Below are positions 9,601 to 17,032 of a stretch of 64,000 nt of DNA, one piece after another (within the stretch, counting starts at the first letter, position 1; each line of letters opens with the position of its first letter). The DNA lies in the IMG/VR virus record IMGVR_UViG_3300033075_000216, one strand, 5' to 3'. The notes under the pieces were generated by a model. The model ran no database searches and was not told the DNA's origin. It saw nothing but the letters and a program-made list of their open reading frames with translations. Source of the stretch: an uncultured virus (IMG/VR IMGVR_UViG_3300033075_000216) (taxonomy: Duplodnaviria; Heunggongvirae; Uroviricota; Caudoviricetes). The position numbers and the translations under genes were made by a program.

Positions 9601-11802
9601 TTATGACCATTTTTTGGTAAAATGTTTTAGTGTTGCGTTAAAGCCTGTATTAGAAGAAACATACTGAACTAGCACGTTACCTCCTGAAGTAGAGGCTGAA
9701 AATATTATTCCAGATGTTCCTAACTCTTCAAAATCATCTGTAAGAGTTACAAGAGTGCCGTCAGTCGTTACCAACAAACGTCCCACTCTATAATTTGAGT
9801 CTCTCTTTATGCTATATTCAATTATTGCAAAATTATTAGTAGCGGGGTAAGAGAAGGCTGTTGTTGCAGAGCCTGTATTATCTAGCAATGTGATAGCAGC
9901 GCTTAGTTGTGGAGCAGCTGGAGCAAGCTTATCAAGAGCATCCGCCACTTGAACAGGAGGACTTATCCAATCGGATGATGTAACAGGGCTGTATGCTAGA
10001 TTTGAAGACAACGATGTTCTTGTAAGTGTCGCACCACTGTTTAGTGTAGGAGCTGAGCTTAGAGAAGTTACGTCTGAGTCTAAGGTCGCATCAGCACCAC
10101 TTACTGTTGTAGATCCTGTAATGAAGCTACTGATAAGTTGTACAGCATTTTGTACACCTGAGCTTGTGATTGACAATGTTCCGCCAATAAAAGAGCTTAC
10201 GAATGTAGCTCCTGGATTAGCAACTGGAAGAGTGCCGTTATCAACAACAAGATTACCAGCTAGGAATAGATCTGTAAATGATCCACCAGCACCTCTAATG
10301 GTAAAGTTAGAGAAGCACAAACTTCCTCTCCACTGAAAGTATTGATTTGTATTATTTGGAGTGATGACAACAGCGCCATTTACACCAATGTCTTGTATCT
10401 CAATTACATGAGAGCCTGAAGCGGTTGCTGTAACGAAGTCTAAAGATATACCAGTTGAGCCTGTTAAATAGACATTAGTCATACCACAACGAGAGCTTCC
10501 AGAAGCAAACTCAGTTGGATGAAGTGTGATGGATCCGCTAGAAGCACTAAGTCTAGAAAGTCCCCAAGCATCACCATAATACCAAACAAACGGACGTAGG
10601 TAGATGTTAGTTTCTGTAATGGTTCCTTTAATGTGAATACCATAACGCTTAGAAGTAGAAGCATCTGTTATAATGGCATGAGCGGCTGCGGTTGTAGCAA
10701 ATGGTTTATCATATGTACCATCGCCAGTAACGTCACTTCCTTGTTGAGAAACATACACCCAAGCATTTACTGTTGGAGCTTGTGGTATAGGTCTGTTGTT
10801 AAATTGTGTCTGGATGTCAGAGGTTACGTTAGAAAGATATTGAAACTCTGTACTAGAAACAGATCCGTCAGCAATCTTAGAGGCGTCTATAGCAGCAGAA
10901 GCGTTCACTTGAGTGTTTGTAATGCCGCCGTCCGCAACCTTAATACCGCTAGCATCTTCAGCAAGTGTACTGCCAGAACGTCTAACGTCGGCGCTTACAA
11001 GCTGACCTGTGAGTGTCATATCAACGCTGTTAGTGTCTGTTACAGTAACTGGAGAGTGTGAGCCTTGGTCAATTGTAAAGCCAGAAGCACCTGGAGTGAG
11101 GGTGACAACACCTGCTGTATTGGGAGCTTTTAATGCCCATGAATTTCTATCAAGAGATGTTTTAACGTGTCCAGTAGGAGAACCTGCTTCTTCAATCTCA
11201 ATACCGCTGCTAGCACCGCTGCCAGCTCCGCCGCCATCATTAAGTGTTATTAAAGAGTCTGTAACGTTAAGGTTAGTTACATTATTGTTATTGACAGTGC
11301 CTGAGATGTTCACTGTAGCTGAAGGATTACCAATGTTGATGATACCCGCAGCCGAAGTACCTACAGAGAGTGTCGCTCCCACTGTAGTGACATCCACTCC
11401 GCCGTCTGCTAATATTGTAGCTGGGAATGTCTTTACACCAGCAATGGTTTGAGCAGCTGTAGTGATAAGACCTCTGTTTGAAGCAGAGGCGCTTGGAATG
11501 TTAAACGTGTGTGTGGAGGTGGAGGAAGAGATGTTGAAGTCTGTTCCAGAAGAGCCTGTAGCGAATGTCTGAGAAGATGATGTAAGAGTATTAAGAGATG
11601 TAATACCGCTTCCAGAAGAACTTACCCAAGAAGCTCCACCAGCATCCCAAACATATAAAAGATGTGTGTCTAGCGTAACTCTTATATCGCCGTCAGTGTT
11701 TCCTGTAGCAGGTAGTGAGGCAAAGTCAGCAACAGGATCTTTTACGAAACTATTGCCGCCGCTAGTTGCATCACTGGCTACGTTATTATAATAAAAACCC
11801 AT
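9601..11802 (-). CDS. Tail fibre/spike protein with possible beta-helix head
   Basis: 733 aa, S/T/G-rich; 'YVSQQGSDVTGDGTYDKPFAT' resembles the start of a pectate-lyase-like beta-helix. Confidence 0.65.
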   Translation of the reverse strand: MGFYYNNVASDATSGGNSFVKDPVADFASLPATGNTDGDIRVTLDTHLLYVWDAGGASWVSSSGSGITSLNTLTSSSQTFATGSSGTDFNISSSTSTHTFNIPSASASNRGLITTAAQTIAGVKTFPATILADGGVDVTTVGATLSVGTSAAGIINIGNPSATVNISGTVNNNNVTNLNVTDSLITLNDGGGAGSGASSGIEIEEAGSPTGHVKTSLDRNSWALKAPNTAGVVTLTPGASGFTIDQGSHSPVTVTDTNSVDMTLTGQLVSADVRRSGSTLAEDASGIKVADGGITNTQVNASAAIDASKIADGSVSSTEFQYLSNVTSDIQTQFNNRPIPQAPTVNAWVYVSQQGSDVTGDGTYDKPFATTAAAHAIITDASTSKRYGIHIKGTITETNIYLRPFVWYYGDAWGLSRLSASSGSITLHPTEFASGSSRCGMTNVYLTGSTGISLDFVTATASGSHVIEIQDIGVNGAVVITPNNTNQYFQWRGSLCFSNFTIRGAGGSFTDLFLAGNLVVDNGTLPVANPGATFVSSFIGGTLSITSSGVQNAVQLISSFITGSTTVSGADATLDSDVTSLSSAPTLNSGATLTRTSLSSNLAYSPVTSSDWISPPVQVADALDKLAPAAPQLSAAITLLDNTGSATTAFSYPATNNFAIIEYSIKRDSNYRVGRLLVTTDGTLVTLTDDFEELGTSGIIFSASTSGGNVLVQYVSSNTGFNATLKHFTKKWS

Positions 11803-12137
11803 TATTGCCTCTTGCTAGAAAGATATACCGTAAGTGTTCCGCCAGATCCAGCTGATCTAACCCAACGAACGCGCACAAAGCTATAGCCTGCGCGCTCTAC
11901 GTTGATAAGAGCTGATCCAGTTGTTTCCCCTGTAATGGAAGTAGTGCTGACCGGCACAAACACGCTGTCATCATTACTACCTTCTACTATTAAGTCCCCG
12001 GCAGCCGCAGTAGCACCAGACCATATAAACTGGACACTGAAAGCTAATGCATCATAAATTGCATCGCTAACAGATGTTTGACTTGACGCAAAACTCACAC
12101 CGTCTAATAATTTTTTATTTTCTATTTGTAATGTCAT
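11802..12137 (-). CDS. Small beta-sandwich virion protein
   Basis: 111 aa, coupled ORF. Confidence 0.55.
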   Translation of the reverse strand: MTLQIENKKLLDGVSFASSQTSVSDAIYDALAFSVQFIWSGATAAAGDLIVEGSNDDSVFVPVSTTSITGETTGSALINVERAGYSFVRVRWVRSAGSGGTLTVYLSSKRQ

Positions 12138-12139
12138 TT

Positions 12140-12994
12140 TTATTTATTCTCTTGTAATTTTCCGGTTAGTAATAAAGCTTCTTTTGTAGAAGTTCCAATT
12201 AAACCTTTATGTTCTGCTAGTTCTTTTGAGGAACCTTTGTGCTTATCGTACATTCTTTGTAAAAAATCTAATACCATTCTATGAGTAGGCTCTTTTCCTT
12301 GTTGTATTAGTTGAGCTTCCGCATTTAAAAACATAATGATATCCCTTTGTGCGGATCCGGCATTTATTCCAATTTGAGCTATATACATTAAATTACCTTC
12401 ATCAATTATGCCATTTCTAGATCTTGCTGCAGTTAAAGCTTGGTCGAAAGCTTTCTTTATGTGATATTCCTCTTCCTCGTTCTCAAAGTCTTCTTCACTA
12501 AAATGTTGTTTTCCGTATTTTGATAGTATTGATTTGTATTGTTCGGTGTAGTTGGTAAGTTTTCTAATAGCTCCAGAAATATACCCTTCGCTAGAATCTA
12601 TTCTAGTCATAATTTCCATTATTTCTAAATTTAAAAGATCTTGTTTAAGATAGTCTTTTTCTAACTCTAAGTCTCGCTGCTTAATCTTTAATTCTATCTC
12701 TAATTTCTTCTGCTTAAAGTGTGCCTCTTTTAAAGCTTCTGTCGCTTTGTTAATTTCGGCTAGTATTTGTCTAGCATTTCTAAGAGGAGTGGGGTGAGAT
12801 ACTGTCAGCATATTATCCATAAACTGACTTTGAGTTTTACAAAATAAACTAGTTCCTCTTTTGATTTCAGGTAAACTGTGCTGAATGATTTGTAGCATTT
12901 GAGTGTGTTCCGGCATGGACTCAACTAAGCTATTTACCGTATTATTCAAAACCAAATCCGTTGATTGAGATATAATATCCAAATTTTTATTCAT
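12140..12994 (-). CDS. Coiled-coil protein downstream of the repeat fibre gene (possible assembly chaperone)
   Basis: 284 aa, helical; adjacent to the repeat fibre gene. Confidence 0.5.
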   Translation of the reverse strand: MNKNLDIISQSTDLVLNNTVNSLVESMPEHTQMLQIIQHSLPEIKRGTSLFCKTQSQFMDNMLTVSHPTPLRNARQILAEINKATEALKEAHFKQKKLEIELKIKQRDLELEKDYLKQDLLNLEIMEIMTRIDSSEGYISGAIRKLTNYTEQYKSILSKYGKQHFSEEDFENEEEEYHIKKAFDQALTAARSRNGIIDEGNLMYIAQIGINAGSAQRDIIMFLNAEAQLIQQGKEPTHRMVLDFLQRMYDKHKGSSKELAEHKGLIGTSTKEALLLTGKLQENK

Positions 12995-13271
12995 AAGATT
13001 CTAAATTGTGCCTCTCTAAAAAACTATCTACCATACTAGTAGCTTGCTCTAATGTTAAAGGTTGTCTTGTTACGAAATCTGTTTCTACAAGCATCACTCT
13101 GTCTATTAACTGTTGACGAGTAAGAACTTGTACAGTAAGAGGGACGTGTCTTTTTGAACTATCTACAGAAATACCGACCAATTCTTCATTTAAAGGATAA
13201 AATCCTCCAGACTCAACAAATGAAGGTACGGCTCCGTTTCCTTCTAGAAGATATCTTATAACTTTTCTCAT
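12987..13271 (-). CDS. Hypothetical protein (likely start MRKVIRY at 13271)
   Basis: The ORF-track start at 13349 overlaps the upstream gene; ATG 13271 directly follows its stop. Confidence 0.55.
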   Translation of the reverse strand: MRKVIRYLLEGNGAVPSFVESGGFYPLNEELVGISVDSSKRHVPLTVQVLTRQQLIDRVMLVETDFVTRQPLTLEQATSMVDSFLERHNLESYE

Positions 13272-13272
13272 C

Positions 13273-15423
13273 TTATAATCCTCCGTGAGAGTTAGAACAG
13301 CCTGCCATGTTTCCTCTAGCTTGAGTAAGATCGCCAAAGTCTGTAGCATTACCTACAGAGGCTATAGTGTAATAATCTATTACGTTACTTGCTGTAGGTC
13401 CAGAAGCAATACCGCCACCAACTACTAATCTTGTAGAAGAAGCTCCGGAACCTGTTCCGTATCTAGCAACTGTTAAATCGCCAAAATCTGTAGCGTTACC
13501 GGCAGAAGCTATAGAAACATAGTCTGAAGTGTTAACAGCAATAGAAGTAAAGCCTCCGTTAAATATGGCTCTAGAAGAATTACTAGATCCAGAAACACTA
13601 TATCTAGCTTGAGTAAGATCGCCGAAGTCTGTAGCATTACCAGCAGAAGCTATGGTAACGTAATCAATTATGTTAGTAGACGCTGGGCCAGAAGCTAAAC
13701 CTCCGGCAAATAAACCTCTAACAGAAGAAGAAGCTCCTGCACCGTTAACACGTGCCGCAGTTAGATCCCCGAAGTCTACAGCATTTCCTGTAGTAGAGAA
13801 TGTTATATAATCAATTGTGTTAAAAAAGGCATTGTCAAAGCGTCCGCCAAATAACCCGGTAGTTGAGTTAGCACATCCAGCGGGTCCATTACCAGCTTGA
13901 CTTAAACTACCAAAACTTGTAGCGTTTGCGTTAGATCCGTATTGAACGTAATCCATTGTAGCTACTGTTGTACTTCCAGCTTCGTTACCACCGCCAGCAA
14001 ATACAGCCCTAGAAGCATTCGAAGCAGCTCCAACAAACTTTCTTGCTGCTGTCAAGTCGCCGAAGTCCGTAGCATTACCGGTAGTAGCTATAGAAATTCT
14101 ATCAATAACATTGCTGTCAGAAGCGTCACCGGTTGCAGTTTGCCCACCTGCAAATAGTGCTGTTGGTATAGTATTATCTTGTCCATTAAAAGCTGTTATA
14201 CGAAACCAGTCTGTTCCGTTAGATACATAACTTGTAGCATTGTAGTTTGTTGATATAAAGTCACTAGACGTATTATCATCTATTTTTTCAGAACCGTTTC
14301 TGGCTACTATTATTTGATTAGACGCAGCAAAACCTTTTGAATCTTTAATGGTTATTTTAAATCCAGCAAGAGGTGCTGGGAGGGTAATTGTAACAGATCC
14401 GCCAGTAGTATCTACTAAAAGAGTTCTACCATTATCACCACTTACGACAGAATAATTTGAAGTTATAGCGGAGCCTGGAGAAACAGAAGCAAGACCGCCT
14501 CCGGAAGCGGCTGCACCTAGTTGAGTAACAGTACCTGCATCATTTTTAAAATAAGCGAAACCGTCATCTCCGGCATAAAAAGCACCATATCCAGTAGATA
14601 CTGTCGGTCCTGTTGCAGGAGTGGTTTGTTCAGCAATATGAACAGCGTCCTCTGCTCTTATTTGACCTGTACCATCAACATCCAATGATAAGTTACTATT
14701 AGAAACTGGAGCAATGATAACATTACCTGAAGTAGAAGAAATGGTATTCCCATTTAAGTCTAAGTTATCTACGGAAATTTGAGTTTTGTTGGTGAGAGCT
14801 TCTGCGCCGGCAAGAGTGGCAACAGTTCCAGAAGTAGGAACAGTTAGAGAAGTTACTCCAGAGGTTGTTATTGTAACATTGTTTGCGCCGTATGTAAGAG
14901 TGCCGGCATTGCTTACGCCTGTACCGCCGCGTGTAGAAGAAAGCTGAGCTTCACTAGATAATACACCAGATACGTCGTTAATTACAACATGATCTGCTGT
15001 TCCTGAAGCAAGCTTAGAACGAACAATGGCCGCAGACGCATTCACATCCGCATCAACAATAGCTCCAGTTCCAGAAGTAATTTTTCCATTTATTTGAGTT
15101 TGAGCATCTGAAGTAAGACCGCCAATGTATTGAAATTCTGTGTTTGTAACAGAGCCGTCGGCAATCTTAGTGGCATCGATGGCAGCGGCAGCTTTAATGT
15201 CAGCGTTGTCGATGTTTGTAATGGTGTTTTGATCAGCGTCGATTGATTTCGAGGTTAAAGTTGCCGAGTGAGCTTCTGTAACGACAGGAGAATTACTTGT
15301 ACCGTTGTGATGACGAAGTTTGCCATCTGTAGACAATACTTCTAAGTCACCTTGCTCGTTAGACTCGGAAACCGCTTTAGGCTTCACTTGGATGCCTTTG
15401 AACCATTTTCTGTAAGATATCAT
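13273..15423 (-). CDS. Tail fibre protein with six C-terminal ~49-aa repeats (IDYxTIAxxGNATDFGDLT)
   Basis: 716 aa; repeats visible in protein and DNA; T4 baseplate/fibre-like 'LVDTTGGSVTITLP' motif. Confidence 0.7.
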   Translation of the reverse strand: MISYRKWFKGIQVKPKAVSESNEQGDLEVLSTDGKLRHHNGTSNSPVVTEAHSATLTSKSIDADQNTITNIDNADIKAAAAIDATKIADGSVTNTEFQYIGGLTSDAQTQINGKITSGTGAIVDADVNASAAIVRSKLASGTADHVVINDVSGVLSSEAQLSSTRGGTGVSNAGTLTYGANNVTITTSGVTSLTVPTSGTVATLAGAEALTNKTQISVDNLDLNGNTISSTSGNVIIAPVSNSNLSLDVDGTGQIRAEDAVHIAEQTTPATGPTVSTGYGAFYAGDDGFAYFKNDAGTVTQLGAAASGGGLASVSPGSAITSNYSVVSGDNGRTLLVDTTGGSVTITLPAPLAGFKITIKDSKGFAASNQIIVARNGSEKIDDNTSSDFISTNYNATSYVSNGTDWFRITAFNGQDNTIPTALFAGGQTATGDASDSNVIDRISIATTGNATDFGDLTAARKFVGAASNASRAVFAGGGNEAGSTTVATMDYVQYGSNANATSFGSLSQAGNGPAGCANSTTGLFGGRFDNAFFNTIDYITFSTTGNAVDFGDLTAARVNGAGASSSVRGLFAGGLASGPASTNIIDYVTIASAGNATDFGDLTQARYSVSGSSNSSRAIFNGGFTSIAVNTSDYVSIASAGNATDFGDLTVARYGTGSGASSTRLVVGGGIASGPTASNVIDYYTIASVGNATDFGDLTQARGNMAGCSNSHGGL

Positions 15424-15462
15424 ATATTTATCCTCTCTTTGTCGCTATTGTTCTTTGTTGCT

Positions 15463-15951
15463 TTATTGTAATAGTGCTTTTGCTTCAAACTTCATTGTGC
15501 CAACATAGTTAATGCCAGCTAAATTTGTACTTGTGTAACTAACAACGCCAGCGTCAGACACGGTAAAATCGATACCGGCGTCACCACCCATACTGTCTCG
15601 TTGCAATGTCCATTTAGAACCGATGCTAGCAGCTGCGTTGTAAATAAGGCTTATATTACCTTGCTCCAACACTACGTTAGAATCAGTGCTACGAAACACT
15701 GCGTAGGATATGTTAGCGGCCCTAACCTGAGCTGAGTCGAAAGAAAGACCTGTGACAGCAGCGGGAGCGGCTTGGTTGTTAGCAAGTGTAACAGAGGTTT
15801 CAGGAATATCGCCCACGCCTACAAGAGTAGAATAGGATGTTCCCAAAGCCTTTAAATAATCATTAAGCTCTTCCCCCCAAGGAGGAGAACTGTTTGGTTT
15901 CGGTATCTTATAGGTCGTACCCGACAGTGTTACTTCATCAAAATCTGCCAT
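15463..15951 (-). CDS. Virion structural protein sharing the C-terminal module of 7727 and 9601
   Basis: 162 aa; 'LANNQ...F...I.Y.V.R...G...YTSTN'. Confidence 0.6.
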   Translation of the reverse strand: MADFDEVTLSGTTYKIPKPNSSPPWGEELNDYLKALGTSYSTLVGVGDIPETSVTLANNQAAPAAVTGLSFDSAQVRAANISYAVFRSTDSNVVLEQGNISLIYNAAASIGSKWTLQRDSMGGDAGIDFTVSDAGVVSYTSTNLAGINYVGTMKFEAKALLQ

Positions 15952-15956
15952 ATATT

Positions 15957-15969
15957 ATATAGTTGTTAA
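15957..15969 (-). promoter_or_regulatory. Putative late promoter motif (copy 2)
   Basis: Exact TTAACAACTATAT, 5 nt before ATG 15951. Confidence 0.7.
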
Positions 15970-15997
15970 TCCTTTAAAATAATTGTAATGTATAGGT

Positions 15998-16162
15998 ATG
16001 ATTACAGTTTTCTTTGTTTCGCTATTACTACTTCTATACATTGAAGGTAAAAAAATCAGTAAAAACAAACCTTTGGCTTGTAAAATGCATGTTTGGGTGA
16101 GAATGGGTGAAAATACGGACATGTCTTACATGCAATGCTCTGTCTGTAAGCTAACTCTCTAA
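15998..16162 (+). CDS. Small membrane-anchored Zn-ribbon-like protein (54 aa, not in ORF track)
   Basis: MITVFFVSLLLLLYIEGKKISKNKPLACKMHVWVRMGENTDMSYMQCSVCKLTL; TM segment plus CxxH/CxxC. Confidence 0.45.
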   Translation: MITVFFVSLLLLLYIEGKKISKNKPLACKMHVWVRMGENTDMSYMQCSVCKLTL

Positions 16163-16603
16163 GGAGAAATGCATCCCGTCCTTACGTTTAAAATTGCCGC
16201 CCCATGTAAAGCCTGCGTCAGTGAAACACTTAACAAACGCATTAGAAAGCACTGGAGGCTTTCCTAGAGGGTTTTCCTTAGCGTTGATGTCTATAGCTAG
16301 GCCCCAAGAATGAAACGACTGTTGGCCCGGCAGAGCCCTTACATCGCGGATATTAAAGCAGCCATCGAAGGTCTTAAGCTCAGACAATAGGTTAGAAGCT
16401 TTTAATAAAGCCAAGGCCTTCATAAGCATAGGAGACATGTCTTTATTGATGTATATCTTTGTTACAGGCTTTCCTGTAGCAGAGTTAATCCAAGAAGCAC
16501 CATACTCAGCTGGTATTACTTGTACCATCATCCACTTAGCTTCATTGGACCATTTACCATCCACTATCTTACCGTAACGCTCTTCAGCTTCTTTTTGCGT
16601 CAT
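16151..16603 (-). CDS. Endolysin, M15-family peptidoglycan peptidase
   Basis: Motifs R...SFHSWGLAIDIN and WGG..KRKDGMHF. Confidence 0.85.
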   Translation of the reverse strand: MTQKEAEERYGKIVDGKWSNEAKWMMVQVIPAEYGASWINSATGKPVTKIYINKDMSPMLMKALALLKASNLLSELKTFDGCFNIRDVRALPGQQSFHSWGLAIDINAKENPLGKPPVLSNAFVKCFTDAGFTWGGNFKRKDGMHFSLES

Positions 16604-16606
16604 AAC

Positions 16607-16960
16607 TTAATTCTTATATTCTGAGGGACTTCCAAGTTGCATTAACAGCTCAGGATCACTCTCTAAATCTCTATATAAATAAGCCTCATCTCCATGAACC
16701 ATTCCGTGCGAGGCATTAAAGAACGGAGTGGTTATCTGACAACTTGCGTGGTTAAATAGAAATTCACACAATAGCGCAACAATGTTAGCGTCTGTATAAC
16801 TTACAGAAACACTTATCCTTAGTTTGTCAGGTACGCTTTTAGTGACAAATACTCTCATTACGTCAACGTTGCTATGTCTTATCAAAAGACAATGCTTATT
16901 AAGCTTTTTCACTTCAAATTGATTTTGTAAGGCTTCTCTTACTTGCTTTAACAGCTTCAT
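16607..16960 (-). CDS. Hypothetical protein (likely start MKLLKQV)
   Basis: AAGGA RBS before ATG 16960; the longer start overlaps the terminator. Confidence 0.55.
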   Translation of the reverse strand: MKLLKQVREALQNQFEVKKLNKHCLLIRHSNVDVMRVFVTKSVPDKLRISVSVSYTDANIVALLCEFLFNHASCQITTPFFNASHGMVHGDEAYLYRDLESDPELLMQLGSPSEYKN

Positions 16961-16985
16961 GCAACATCCTTTTTGTAATGAGTAT

Positions 16986-17018
16986 AAAAAAGAAGAGGAG
17001 GCCGAAGCCTCCCCTCCC
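16986..17018 (-). terminator. Rho-independent terminator after the major capsid gene
   Basis: GGGAGGGGAGGC-TTCG-GCCTCCTCTTC followed by a T-run. Confidence 0.85.
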
Positions 17019-17032
17019 AACAACTATCCTAA

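Noticed and set aside
1038..14157. Many short opposite-strand or alternate-frame ORFs within structural genes (e.g. 1038-1328, 5354-5665, 10633-11452)
   Set aside because: Fully nested in long genes; typical antisense shadows
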